Below, one piece after another: positions 24,438 to 34,975 of a stretch of DNA of 48,539 bases. The position numbers were made by a program, and so were the translations under genes. Each line of letters opens with the position of its first letter. Within the stretch, counting starts at the first letter, position 1. The notes beneath the pieces were generated by a model that did not search any database, was not told where the DNA came from, and was given only the letters and a program-made list of their open reading frames with translations. This DNA comes from Alphaproteobacteria bacterium. Lineage in GTDB: Bacteria; Pseudomonadota; Alphaproteobacteria; Rs-D84. Where the stretch lies: the NCBI GenBank assembly GCA_017513285.1, contig JAFXGD010000001.1, forward strand, positions 1 to 48,539. Reading direction: 5' to 3'.

Positions 24438-27400
24438 TCCGAACCCGATTCGTTATTCCGACCTTATTACGCCGGACAATTCAATTACCAATTTGATTGC
24501 CCAATTGGATGAATTAATACAAAAGTACGAATCCGCCAAAAGCAAGATTCAAGGCGCGGCGGCGGAAGCGGCAAAGAGTATGGGCAACTTATCCGGGGCT
24601 ACGGAAGAACAACGGCAAACCATTGCGTCATTATCCGCCGAATCGGATAAATTGGCGTCGCATTATGCAAGATTTAACAAGGAAGAACGCGACGCGTACA
24701 GGCAAAAACAATCCGTAATTCAAGCGACTAAGGAACAACAACGTATTGATAAATTGTTGGTGGAACTTAATAATTCCAAAGAGGGTTCTTATAAACGTTT
24801 GTCGGCACAATATCGTTTGAACAAAATTCGTCTTAACGAAATGTCGGCCGAAGAAAGGCGGACGGCGGGCGTTGGCAAGGAACTTGAAACCGAAACGCGG
24901 TTGATTTATGAGGAAATGAGCCGTTTACAACAGGCGACCGGAAAATACACGCTTGAAGTGGGCCATTATCAAAACGCATTAAAGGGTTTGCCCGGGCCGA
25001 TTGGTCAAGTTGTAACGGGATTTACCAATATGCGCACCCAATTGCACAACATCGGCACGTCCGGGTTGCCAATGGGCGCAAAGGCCGTACAGGGTTTTGC
25101 GACGGCATTAAACGGAACGGTCGCAATATTGATGGTATTTGTACGTTACTTGACGGGTTCGGCAAAGACAATGCGCGAATTCGAACAGGCCAACGCCAAT
25201 TTGTCAACGATATTGGGAACGACCCGGGCCGAAATGAAAGCGTTAACTGATTCGGCCTTAATGTTGGGGCGGACAACGGAATATACGGCGTCGCAAGTTG
25301 TTCAATTGCAAACCGAATTGGCAAAACTTGGATTCGGCCAAGGGTCCATAATGTCAATGCAAAAATCCATCTTGCAATTTTCAACGGCGGTTGGGGCCAA
25401 TCTTGCGGACGCGGCGTCCGTGGCCGGTTCCACATTGCGGGCGTTCAATCTTACAAGTAAAGACACGGACGATGTTTTGGCAACGTTGGCCGTCGCAACC
25501 AACAAATCCGCGTTGTCCTTTGAACGCATCCAAAATTCGATTGGTACGGTATTCCCTGTTGCAAATGCGTTCGGCCTTTCCGTCAAGGACACGACCGCGT
25601 TGTTGGGTTCGTTGGCCAATGCCGGTTTCGATGCGTCAAGCGCGGCGACCGCAACACGTAACATCATCTTGAAATTGGCCGATGCAAACGGAAAGTTGGC
25701 CAAGGCGATGGGCGGCCCGGCAAAGACGTTCGACGAAATCATTGATGGGTTGATTAAATTACGCAAGTCCGGAACGGATTTGAACGAAGCGTTGGAATTG
25801 ACCGACCGGCGAAGCGTGGCGGCCTTTACGGCGTTCATTTCCGGGGCCGATTCGGCCCGTGAATTGCGCCAATCTTTGGAAGATGTGAACGGCGAATTGG
25901 AACGCATCGAAAAAGAACGGTTGAATACGGTTGAGGGTTCAACCCTATTGTTGAAATCCGCGTGGGAGGGATTAACGCTTGCTTTCCAAGATTCAAACGG
26001 CGCAATCAAAGATACGATTGATTGGTTGACCAAGTTAATACAAAAGACGCAAGAATTGTTGTTCCCACGGGAAACGCGCATATCCGAATCGGCGGAAAAA
26101 TATACGGAAACATTCCAAGAATATTACAAACAATATGGCGCGGACGCCGCCCAAAATTACATCAATGCGTTTGTTGAACAATTCGAAAGTTCGGCCGAAA
26201 AAGCCGGAAAGGATGCCGTTTTCGATGGCGTGTTGAACAAATGGTTGGGATTCGGCCAAAAACAACGTATGGCGAAAATTACCGCCGATAATGCAAAGGC
26301 GATACGGCAAGCGGCGGGAATTGTCATTACACAGATACAGAACGACGCCGACGAAGCGGCACGGCAAGCGGCACAGACACAGGCGGAAGCGGAACGGAAA
26401 CAAAAGGAATTGGCGGCCGAACAGAAAAAGGCCATCGAAGCGGCCAAGAAACAACGCATTGCCGACCGCCGGGCGGTTATCGAATCCATTGATTTGGAAA
26501 TTTCCATTACGGAAGCCGGAACGCAAAAGATGTTGGAATTGCGCCAAGACAAAATCGAAGCGCAACGGCAATTGGAATTGGAACAGAACAGGCAAAAAAC
26601 CACGTCCGAACGGCAAGACGAAGCCGCCATAAATGCCAAGTACGACAAACAAAAATTGGATGCCGTCAAGACGTTTAACAACGAGGTTTCCAAATTAAAC
26701 GTCCAACGGTTACAGGCCGAACAACAGGCAATCCAATTGGAAATCGCCATAACGGAAGATGGAACCGAACGGATGTTGGAATTGCGGTTGGCGAACATCG
26801 AAAAACAACGTGAAATCGAAATTGAGCAAAACCGGCAAAAGGATGAAAAGGTACGCCAAGCGGAAACGGCCATTAACGCCAAATACGACGCGTTGCGCTT
26901 GAAAGAATCCGCCGATTTCAACCACAAATTGGCCGAACGGGATTTGGCGGCCGCCCAAGATTTGGCCCAAGCGGAATTTGATTTGTTGGACCGGAACGAA
27001 CGCCAAAAAACGTTGTTCAAGTTACAACAGGAAAAGGCCCGGTTGGAAGCGATATTAAAGTTGAATGAAACGGCCACAAAGAAAATGACGGCCGACGAAA
27101 TCGCCGCCATTAAAGCGACCATTGCCGGGATTGAAAAGGAAACCAAGAAATTGGGGTACAACAATCTTTATGAATTGTTGGGTATCAACTTGGATTCCGA
27201 CCAACAAAGCGCATTGAATACGGCCATTGATTCCGTTAAAGATTCAATCGGTTCGTTGGTTGATTCTTGGAACGCGGCGGCGGAAGCGGCCGTTAATGCG
27301 GCCAACGCCCAAGTTGACGCCGCGCAACGCACGTTGGACGCCGAAATTGAAGCCCGGAACGCCGGTTATGCCAATGAGGTTGAAACCGCGCAAAAGGAAT

Positions 27401-28047
27401 TGGAATTGGCCAAGAAAAACCGCGAAAAGGCGTTAAAGGAACAACAGAAAGCACAAAAGGCCCAATTGGCCGCCGATTCGATTACGCAAGCGTCAAGTTT
27501 AATAACCGCGTCGGCCAACATTTGGTCGTCGTTGTCCGGTATTCCTGTTGTCGGTCCCGGGTTGGCCGCCGCCGCGTTGGTCACAATGTGGGCGTCGTTC
27601 GCGGCCGCCAAGATTAAGGCCGTACAGGTTTCCAAACAAAACACGGAACAATACGGCGACGGTACGGTTGAGTTGTTACAGGGCGGAAGCCACGCAAGCG
27701 GCAACGACATTGATTTGGGAACCAAGCCCAACGGGACCCGACGCCGTGCCGAGGGCGGCGAATTTTTCGCCGTTATCAACAAGCGAAATTCCCGCCGATT
27801 CCGTGACGTTATCCCGGATGTTATCAATTCGTTTAACGATGGCACATTTGCGGACCGTTACCAACGTGCAAACGCCGCGATGGCCGGTTATGCCGTCCAA
27901 CTTATTGGCGGCGGCAAAACGGACGTTTCCGGGCTTGAAAAGGACGTTGCCGCAATCCGTCAACAGGGCGACGAAACCCGGTACGTTGATGGTCAAGGAA
28001 ACACGATTATCCGGTACAAGAATTTAACCCGTAAAATCAAATCGTAA
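24430..28047 (+). CDS. tail tape measure protein (1205 aa)
   Basis: Largest ORF, with extended coiled coils and hydrophobic Gly/Ala-rich segments (e.g. IPVVGPGLAAAALVTMWASFAAA). Located upstream of the distal tail genes. Confidence 0.85.
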   Translation: MDNPNPIRYSDLITPDNSITNLIAQLDELIQKYESAKSKIQGAAAEAAKSMGNLSGATEEQRQTIASLSAESDKLASHYARFNKEERDAYRQKQSVIQATKEQQRIDKLLVELNNSKEGSYKRLSAQYRLNKIRLNEMSAEERRTAGVGKELETETRLIYEEMSRLQQATGKYTLEVGHYQNALKGLPGPIGQVVTGFTNMRTQLHNIGTSGLPMGAKAVQGFATALNGTVAILMVFVRYLTGSAKTMREFEQANANLSTILGTTRAEMKALTDSALMLGRTTEYTASQVVQLQTELAKLGFGQGSIMSMQKSILQFSTAVGANLADAASVAGSTLRAFNLTSKDTDDVLATLAVATNKSALSFERIQNSIGTVFPVANAFGLSVKDTTALLGSLANAGFDASSAATATRNIILKLADANGKLAKAMGGPAKTFDEIIDGLIKLRKSGTDLNEALELTDRRSVAAFTAFISGADSARELRQSLEDVNGELERIEKERLNTVEGSTLLLKSAWEGLTLAFQDSNGAIKDTIDWLTKLIQKTQELLFPRETRISESAEKYTETFQEYYKQYGADAAQNYINAFVEQFESSAEKAGKDAVFDGVLNKWLGFGQKQRMAKITADNAKAIRQAAGIVITQIQNDADEAARQAAQTQAEAERKQKELAAEQKKAIEAAKKQRIADRRAVIESIDLEISITEAGTQKMLELRQDKIEAQRQLELEQNRQKTTSERQDEAAINAKYDKQKLDAVKTFNNEVSKLNVQRLQAEQQAIQLEIAITEDGTERMLELRLANIEKQREIEIEQNRQKDEKVRQAETAINAKYDALRLKESADFNHKLAERDLAAAQDLAQAEFDLLDRNERQKTLFKLQQEKARLEAILKLNETATKKMTADEIAAIKATIAGIEKETKKLGYNNLYELLGINLDSDQQSALNTAIDSVKDSIGSLVDSWNAAAEAAVNAANAQVDAAQRTLDAEIEARNAGYANEVETAQKELELAKKNREKALKEQQKAQKAQLAADSITQASSLITASANIWSSLSGIPVVGPGLAAAALVTMWASFAAAKIKAVQVSKQNTEQYGDGTVELLQGGSHASGNDIDLGTKPNGTRRRAEGGEFFAVINKRNSRRFRDVIPDVINSFNDGTFADRYQRANAAMAGYAVQLIGGGKTDVSGLEKDVAAIRQQGDETRYVDGQGNTIIRYKNLTRKIKS
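26488..26889 (+). repeat. Internal duplication in the tape measure (53-aa cores at 26488..26646 and 26731..26889, period 243 nt)
   Basis: IDLEISITEAGTQKMLELRQDKIEAQRQLELEQNRQK...AINAKYD versus IQLEIAITEDGTERMLELRLANIEKQREIEIEQNRQK...AINAKYD. Confidence 0.8.
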
Positions 28048-30599
28048 TGAACCCGATATACAAGTTTGAATTGACCGCCGGGAACACGACGCAACGGGCG
28101 TACCCGATTTATAAGGACGATTTGGCCAAGGACTTTGAAAAGGAATCCGGCCAAGAATTTTTCCGGGCCAAGTTGTCCGGAAATTTGACGTTCGAAAGCG
28201 ACGATTATATGTTTATCGTTTCCCAAGCGTTCGACACGCAATTTGTGTTGGAAATATTCATTTCGACGAACGCGGGCATATCGTGGGCGTCCTATTGGCG
28301 CGGGACCTTTTGGAAAACGGATTGCGAATTTGACGCGGACACGCAAACGGTTTCCGTAAAACCGACCGTTTTGGACCAATATAACGATATTTTGGCCGGG
28401 TTGGATAAAGAATATAACCTTATCGAATTGGCCCCGGAAATCGTACCCGTAAAGGCCGATAAACGGCCAATGGTACAAGTTTACGTTCCGGGCCAATCCG
28501 TCATTGGTTGTTTTCTTTCGGGTATGTGGTGGGAACAGGAAGCGGAACCCGAAAGCGACGAAACCAAATTGGTTAACGCTTTCCATTTTTCGTTGAACAA
28601 ATCTTTGTTGATTGCGGATGTTTCGGGGACAACGGACCCGGAATTGCCCGACATTTTAACGGGCGTAATAACCGGTTCGAAATTCGACGGGAACACACAG
28701 GGCGTTCAAGATTTCGTCAATGGCGATTACACGTTGCGTTATCAATACCAAGCGGGCGGCGGCGGTTCTATTCAAGCGTGGTATATAATCCGTAATTCCG
28801 ATTCTACCATATTGTGGGAAAATGTTTGGACGGGCGTTCCGCAATTGATAACGTTGCCGTTGACGGTCACGTTGACGCCACAAAACGGCGCGACGGGAAA
28901 CGTAACATTATACATCCACGAAACGCCGGTTTATTCCCGATTCGTTTGTGATACGGAAGAAATAAACGGAATCAGTACATACCCGATTCCGGCGGACGAT
29001 ATAGTTGAAAACAACAGAAATTACACCCGGGTAATTGGGTATTATTTCCCCGATACAATCGCATTTTCCAATAGGTTGACCGAAACGCCGACCCAATGGG
29101 GATTATATCAACCGAACGAATATTACCAACAACCGTATTCGTTGACGTCGCAAGAATTTTTCCCCGTTGCCCGCAACGCTTGGGGCCGTGTTTCCATTTG
29201 GTTTACCTTTTCGGCGTTCGATTGGTTGGTTGAGGAATCCGGACGGCAACCGTTCACGATTCGCCACGCGTACCCGCTTTGGTCTGTTTTACAGGTCCTG
29301 TTAAATAAGGTTGCGCCAAACGTTGTTTTCCGTGCGAATTATACGTGTTCGCAATTCTTTTATCCATACGATACAAACCCGATAACCGGTTTGGATTTCC
29401 GTTTGTTCATAACCCCGAAATCCAATATTGTTACGGCCGGTTATGACCAACCGGCGCAAAAGGCCCCGATAACATTACGCAATGTTTTTGATATGTTGCG
29501 CGATTGTTTCCGTTGTTATTGGTTCGTGGATGATAGCGACCGTTTACATATCGAACACATCCAATATTTTCGCAATGGCGGTTCGTATGATGGTTCGCCG
29601 GTTGTCGGAATTGACTTAACAACGCAACAGGTTCCACGAAACGGGAAGCCGTGGGCGTTCGGACGGGACCAATTCAAATTCGACAAACCGGAAATGGCGG
29701 CACGGTATCAATTTGGTTGGATGGACGATGTAACCCAATTATTCGACGGATTCCCAATTGACGTTGTTTCCAAATACGTTAACCCGGATAACATCGAACA
29801 AATTGATGTGTCAAAATTCACGTCGGACATTGATTATATTTTGTTGAATCCGGGCGAAATATCGAAAGACGGGTTTGTGTTACTTGCGGCCAAATATACG
29901 CCCGGGCAAGCCGATACGAACATTGATTTAACGACGCAATCGTTAAAAAACTACAATATTAGTCCGTCAACATTGAATTGGGGAACGAACAGTTCGTACA
30001 AACACGTCCGTATTCAATTAACGGCCGGTCAAAAGATACGGTTAACGTCCAACGCGAATAACCCGGCCCGTATCGCTTGGTTGACCAACAATGACAACGC
30101 GACGTCGGGCGGGACTGTTCCTTATGTTTCCGGAACGTCGTTAATATCGCAAGATGCGAACACGACGGTTGAATATACCGTGCCGGGTTACGGAACCGTT
30201 TATATGTACATTTACATTGGCGCGTCGTCGTCCAACCCGTCGTATCGTCCGACGTCCTTGGTTGTCCTTGGTTATCCGGAAGAACACAACTTGCCCTACG
30301 TTAATATTCAATACAACAACACGGACCATATTTTGCAAAACGCATACGTGGCGTTTTGCCTGTTACAACAATATTATGCGTATGATATGCCCGCGCCGGA
30401 CTACAAAATAAACGGCGTCCAAATGGTTGCGCAAGGAATCAAGAAATTAAAAGAACAAACAATACGTTTCCCGGTATTGACGGACCCGGATTTGGTCGAA
30501 TTAGTGAAAACAAATTTGGGTAACGGCGTTATTGAAAAATTATCCATAAATTTGTCAAGCCGGAACGCAAACGCAACGTTGAAATATGATACCGAATAA
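28047..30599 (+). CDS. distal tail / tail-tip protein (850 aa)
   Basis: ATG overlaps the tape-measure stop. Call rests on size and position. Confidence 0.45.
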   Translation: MNPIYKFELTAGNTTQRAYPIYKDDLAKDFEKESGQEFFRAKLSGNLTFESDDYMFIVSQAFDTQFVLEIFISTNAGISWASYWRGTFWKTDCEFDADTQTVSVKPTVLDQYNDILAGLDKEYNLIELAPEIVPVKADKRPMVQVYVPGQSVIGCFLSGMWWEQEAEPESDETKLVNAFHFSLNKSLLIADVSGTTDPELPDILTGVITGSKFDGNTQGVQDFVNGDYTLRYQYQAGGGGSIQAWYIIRNSDSTILWENVWTGVPQLITLPLTVTLTPQNGATGNVTLYIHETPVYSRFVCDTEEINGISTYPIPADDIVENNRNYTRVIGYYFPDTIAFSNRLTETPTQWGLYQPNEYYQQPYSLTSQEFFPVARNAWGRVSIWFTFSAFDWLVEESGRQPFTIRHAYPLWSVLQVLLNKVAPNVVFRANYTCSQFFYPYDTNPITGLDFRLFITPKSNIVTAGYDQPAQKAPITLRNVFDMLRDCFRCYWFVDDSDRLHIEHIQYFRNGGSYDGSPVVGIDLTTQQVPRNGKPWAFGRDQFKFDKPEMAARYQFGWMDDVTQLFDGFPIDVVSKYVNPDNIEQIDVSKFTSDIDYILLNPGEISKDGFVLLAAKYTPGQADTNIDLTTQSLKNYNISPSTLNWGTNSSYKHVRIQLTAGQKIRLTSNANNPARIAWLTNNDNATSGGTVPYVSGTSLISQDANTTVEYTVPGYGTVYMYIYIGASSSNPSYRPTSLVVLGYPEEHNLPYVNIQYNNTDHILQNAYVAFCLLQQYYAYDMPAPDYKINGVQMVAQGIKKLKEQTIRFPVLTDPDLVELVKTNLGNGVIEKLSINLSSRNANATLKYDTE

Positions 30600-31461
30600 C
30601 AACTTATCAGTATTGCCGTTTTATACGTCATTGGACCAACAGAACGCCCGTAAATGGTGGTTATACGGTCGTGTATATCCATTGTATTGTCCGGCCGGAT
30701 TCCTGTTGCCATTTCAAATAATTACGGAACATACGAATTTAACGCCGTCGAATATAAGCGGCGCAACCATATACGACGCAAATACGGACCAACAGATTGC
30801 CGGAATTACAACGGAAATCCGTAACGGAATAACAAAAAAGGAATTTGCGTCATTGGGTTACGACGTTTGGGTTTTCCCGGGGCAATTGCCCGTTGTGAAC
30901 GCATTACAAAACGGACGTTATTATTTGTTGGTTACGTGGGGAAATTGGCAAATTGTAAGGGTTTCCGAAATCTTTACGGTCGTAAACGACATTCAACCGT
31001 ATTTGAAAATTACTTGGTGGGACCTTGCCGATTTCACGATGGACGCCGGAACGATTGTGTACACAAATCCGGCGTTCAAGAACGTTTTGTATTTGAAAGC
31101 GGACATTGCAAAACCCGAATATCCGTTTGAGGAAGAGGGCGAAACCCGGGATGGTTATTTTTTCCCGACCAAACAGATTTCCGAAAAACGATACCGGTTT
31201 AATTTCCTTGCGTCCGAATACCTGTTGGATGTAATGCGATTTATCCGGATGGCCGATTTTGCGCAAATCGAATACCACGGGCAAACATACAGTTTGGACA
31301 CGTTCTTAATAACCCCGGAATGGGAAGATAACGGCGACGTCGCGGCCGTTGAAGCGGTTTTCGATACGGCGACCGTTGCAAAGAAAATTGGCGTTGGTTT
31401 CATAAAGGCCCAACGCGGCGATTTCAACGACGATTTCAATAACGACTTTAACAACCAATAA
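30586..31461 (+). CDS. tail-tip-associated protein (291 aa)
   Basis: Position between the tail-tip protein and the fibre. Confidence 0.4.
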   Translation: MIPNNNLSVLPFYTSLDQQNARKWWLYGRVYPLYCPAGFLLPFQIITEHTNLTPSNISGATIYDANTDQQIAGITTEIRNGITKKEFASLGYDVWVFPGQLPVVNALQNGRYYLLVTWGNWQIVRVSEIFTVVNDIQPYLKITWWDLADFTMDAGTIVYTNPAFKNVLYLKADIAKPEYPFEEEGETRDGYFFPTKQISEKRYRFNFLASEYLLDVMRFIRMADFAQIEYHGQTYSLDTFLITPEWEDNGDVAAVEAVFDTATVAKKIGVGFIKAQRGDFNDDFNNDFNNQ

Positions 31462-31462
31462 G

Positions 31463-34129
31463 ATGGCAAATTACGCAACGTTAATATCGGCGATTCAAAC
31501 GACCATTGCGGCCAACGGGAACAATGAAATTACCGGGCCGATTTTGCAACAAACATTGTTGGCAATTGTTAATTCGCTTGGCGCAAATTGCCAATTTGTC
31601 GGCGTTGCGAATGAATCAACAAACCCGGGAACGCCCGACCAAAACGTGGTTTATATTGCCGGTTCCGGTACATATCCAAATTTCAATTCGGCGGTCGTTC
31701 CGTCGGGTTACTTGGGCGTTTTCAAATACAACGGTTCGTGGGTTGTTCAAACGGTTGCGGTTGGAAAAGATTATGACGAAGCAATTACCGCGTTACAGAA
31801 AAACAAGGTTGATAAAAGGGCCGGAAAAAACCTTTTCGACCCGAACGCGGATGATATTGTGGAATATCATTATATTTCATCCGCCGGTTCCACGCCAACA
31901 AGCGAAACAAGTAATATTTCCGGATATATCCCCGTTACGGCGCAAGTTGATTACCATTTAAGCGCGTCAAATGACGGTTCCGTTGGTTCGTATTACCGTG
32001 CATTTTATGATTCGAATAAAACGTTGTTAAGTGTTCAATTCCAAAACACGAATGATTTTACAACGCCGCCAAATTGTGCGTTCGTTCGTTTTACATACAG
32101 GCGAAACGCAACGGAAATAATGTTGGAAACGGGTTCGGAAAGAACCGAATATTTGGAATATAACGTTATCGGCGGGTATATCAATGGACTAATTGATAAC
32201 GTATATTCCTTGCAAAAAAACAAGGTTGATATATCGGTTGGAAAAAATCTTTTTAATCCCAATGCGCCGGACATTTCGGTTGGTCGGTATTTATCTTCCG
32301 ACGGGTCGCAAATAACCGCAACGGGCATGAATATTTCGGGTTTCATTCCTGTACAAGCGAACACAATATATCATTTAAGCGCGGCAAATGATGTGGTCGT
32401 TGGCAAGAATTATCGCGGTTTTTATGATAGTGACAAAAACTTGTTAAGTACGCAATATCAAGAAACCGCCGCAACAAAAGTTACTTTTACAACACCGGCC
32501 AATTGCGCATTTATCCGTTTTACCTATTACACAAGTATAACGGAAATAATGTTGGAATTGGGCGGCGTTCGAACGTCTTATTATCCATATAGTCCAATCG
32601 GCGGATATGAAATACCGTTAATTGACGGAATCGAAGAATTAAAGACGAAAAAAGTTGACGTCAAGGTTGGTAAAAACCTTTGGGACGGAAAAATACTTGT
32701 AACGGGTTATTATCTTAATGACGCGGGCGTTGAAAAACGAAACAGTAATATTGATATTTCGGATTACGTACCCGTACAGGCCGAAACGGATTATTGTTTA
32801 AGCGCAAACGGAAACGTTGGCGTAACGTTGTCGTCGTCAATGTATTTGTGTTATTACGACGCAAACAAAACGTTCCTTTCGTCACGTTCCACATATAACA
32901 AGACGTTTACAACGCCCGTTGGATGTGCGTATATTCGTTTTTCGATATTGATGACACGCACGTTAATACAATTGGAATATGGTTCGACGCGCACGGCATA
33001 TCAAGAATATAGCCCAATCGGCGGATATTATGCCGCGTTGCAAAATGGCCAAGTTGAATACGACAATTTGAGTGACGGCGTAAAAGCGTTAATTGGTTCA
33101 TCGGTATTGCGCTTTGATTCATTGCGTGGTTCCGGAACGTTGGCCCCGGGCGCATCGTTGACGTTGGCAAATCAATATGTCAAAAAGAATGTGTCTTTTG
33201 TGGCGCATATTGACGGAACGGTTGAAAGTATTGTAATTGGCGTTGGCGGGACGGCTTTAACGGCATATTTGGGTTATTACATTACCATTACACCGACAAA
33301 TATAACGCTTAAACGTATGGACACGGGAAGCACACCCGCGACCGCCGCCCACGGCCTTACATTAACAGAACACACGACCGTTATTGTTGATACGCAAATT
33401 TTGCCGCCATCGTCCGTTATCAATGATGATGTTTTGCAAGTGAACATTACGTTGTGCGACAATTTGGGAAATACGTTTGTTCTCAATGCAAATAATTATT
33501 GGGGATATGGAACGCCGTTTATAACCAACAATAATACGACCGATTCCGTGGACGTCAATTTGTCGTTTTTCCCGAAAGACGAAAGCAAAAATATTTGGGT
33601 ATTCGGCGATTCATATTGCGAATTTACCTATTTGCAAAAGCGGTTATCGTATTGGTTGTTCTTGAACGGATATAACAATTGGTTGTTATGTGCAAAGGGC
33701 GGAATGGACCAAGCCGACCAATTGCCCGTGTTGCAAAACCTGTTAAACCTTGGATTCAAACCGGCGTTTGTGGTTTGGTTGTTGGGGATGAATGACGGGA
33801 ACGACACGGTTTCGGGCGAAACAATAACAGTTAATTCGACCGCCAAGACGAATTTGGATGCGTTTTTGGCCCTTTGTGCCAATTATGATATTACGCCCAT
33901 TTTGGCAACCATTCCGACCGTTCCAACGCGTCAACATACGGGATTATCCAATTACGTTAAATCGTTGGGTAAACGCTTTATTGACATTGCAAAGGCGGTT
34001 GGATGCGATACAAGCGGGAATTGGTACACCGGTTTGTTATCAAGTGACGGCATACACCCAACATCGGCCGGTTCCAAAGTTATATTTGAACAAATTTTAA
34101 TTGATTTTCCGGAAATAACAGTTAATTAA
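31463..34129 (+). CDS. tail fibre / receptor-binding protein with a C-terminal SGNH (GDSL) hydrolase domain
   Basis: Fibre-type N-terminus (ANYATLISAIQTTIAANGNNEITGPILQQTLL). Three tandem repeats of about 140 aa. SGNH blocks VFGDSYCEF, GMNDGN and SSDGIHPT. Confidence 0.7.
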   Translation: MANYATLISAIQTTIAANGNNEITGPILQQTLLAIVNSLGANCQFVGVANESTNPGTPDQNVVYIAGSGTYPNFNSAVVPSGYLGVFKYNGSWVVQTVAVGKDYDEAITALQKNKVDKRAGKNLFDPNADDIVEYHYISSAGSTPTSETSNISGYIPVTAQVDYHLSASNDGSVGSYYRAFYDSNKTLLSVQFQNTNDFTTPPNCAFVRFTYRRNATEIMLETGSERTEYLEYNVIGGYINGLIDNVYSLQKNKVDISVGKNLFNPNAPDISVGRYLSSDGSQITATGMNISGFIPVQANTIYHLSAANDVVVGKNYRGFYDSDKNLLSTQYQETAATKVTFTTPANCAFIRFTYYTSITEIMLELGGVRTSYYPYSPIGGYEIPLIDGIEELKTKKVDVKVGKNLWDGKILVTGYYLNDAGVEKRNSNIDISDYVPVQAETDYCLSANGNVGVTLSSSMYLCYYDANKTFLSSRSTYNKTFTTPVGCAYIRFSILMTRTLIQLEYGSTRTAYQEYSPIGGYYAALQNGQVEYDNLSDGVKALIGSSVLRFDSLRGSGTLAPGASLTLANQYVKKNVSFVAHIDGTVESIVIGVGGTALTAYLGYYITITPTNITLKRMDTGSTPATAAHGLTLTEHTTVIVDTQILPPSSVINDDVLQVNITLCDNLGNTFVLNANNYWGYGTPFITNNNTTDSVDVNLSFFPKDESKNIWVFGDSYCEFTYLQKRLSYWLFLNGYNNWLLCAKGGMDQADQLPVLQNLLNLGFKPAFVVWLLGMNDGNDTVSGETITVNSTAKTNLDAFLALCANYDITPILATIPTVPTRQHTGLSNYVKSLGKRFIDIAKAVGCDTSGNWYTGLLSSDGIHPTSAGSKVIFEQILIDFPEITVN
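31793..33050 (+). repeat. Three tandem repeats of about 139-143 aa inside the fibre (units start at 31793, 32210 and 32639)
   Basis: Each unit follows L(Q/K)xxKVD..GKNL(F/W)..., ISG(Y/F)IPV.A...YxLSA, F(Y)DxxKxLLS, FTTPxxCAF(I/V)RF and E(Y)xxIGGY. Confidence 0.8.
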
Positions 34130-34131
34130 AG

Positions 34132-34494
34132 ATGGAAACAAATATTTGGGTAACAATCATTACGGGTTTTCTTTCCCTGTTCGCGGGCGGCGGAATTTGG
34201 GGATGGATTAAAGCCCGCGAAGATAAGCGCAAAACACCGTATGATATGTTCCGCGACCTGTTGGCGGAACAAAAAAAGTTTTACGAAGAACGGAACGCCG
34301 ATTATGAACGCGAAAAGTTGGATTCGGCCGAAAAATCGTCTGTCATTATGCAATCCCAATTTTGCGCCCATAAATACACAAACCCGGATATTAAATGCCC
34401 GGTTGACATGGCGAATGACGACCGTTTGAAAAAGCGTTGCGAACGGTTCGGTTCGTGTCCAATTGCAAAAGATAAAGACGATGAAAACAATTGA
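34132..34494 (+). CDS. N-terminal single-TM protein; holin candidate
   Basis: METNIWVTIITGFLSLFAGGGIWGWI followed by a charged tail. Located immediately upstream of the amidase. Confidence 0.4.
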   Translation: METNIWVTIITGFLSLFAGGGIWGWIKAREDKRKTPYDMFRDLLAEQKKFYEERNADYEREKLDSAEKSSVIMQSQFCAHKYTNPDIKCPVDMANDDRLKKRCERFGSCPIAKDKDDENN

Positions 34495-34975
34495 TGCAAT
34501 CGTAATCCATTGTACGGCGACCCGTGCCGGGCAAGACATACACGCGTCCGACATTGACAAATGGCATAAAGAACGTGGATTTGCCGGGATTGGGTACAAT
34601 TACGTTATCCGTCTTGACGGGACGATTGAACAGGGCCGCCCGTTGACCCGTGACGGGGCGCATTGCAACACGGCCGGATTGTCGGGCGTGTCGTACAACA
34701 AACATTCAATCGGAATCGTGTACGTTGGCGGCCTTGACGAAAACGGAAACGCCGCCGATACCCGTACGCCGGAACAGAAAAAGGCATTGGCCGAATTGGT
34801 TTACCGGTTGATGGATGAATACCCGACAATCAAAGAGGTAATCGGCCATCGTGACGCGTCACCGGATAAGAACGGCGACGGCAAGATTTCGAAAAACGAA
34901 TGGATAAAACAATGCCCGTGTTTTTCTGTACGCGACGAATTTCCAATGGCGATTTGCACGGCGAAAAGGAAATGA
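34481..34975 (+). CDS. N-acetylmuramoyl-L-alanine amidase (Amidase_2/PGRP, T7-lysozyme-like endolysin)
   Basis: IVIHCTAT..., GIGYNYVI..DG....GR, GAHC, IGHRD....CPCF (Zn ligands). Confidence 0.85.
   Translation: MKTIDAIVIHCTATRAGQDIHASDIDKWHKERGFAGIGYNYVIRLDGTIEQGRPLTRDGAHCNTAGLSGVSYNKHSIGIVYVGGLDENGNAADTRTPEQKKALAELVYRLMDEYPTIKEVIGHRDASPDKNGDGKISKNEWIKQCPCFSVRDEFPMAICTAKRK

Noticed and set aside
31793-33050. Fibre tandem repeats as template/variable repeats of a diversity-generating retroelement.
   Set aside because: The repeats are diverged at all base types, not adenine-specific. No reverse transcriptase or Avd-like gene is present anywhere in the window.
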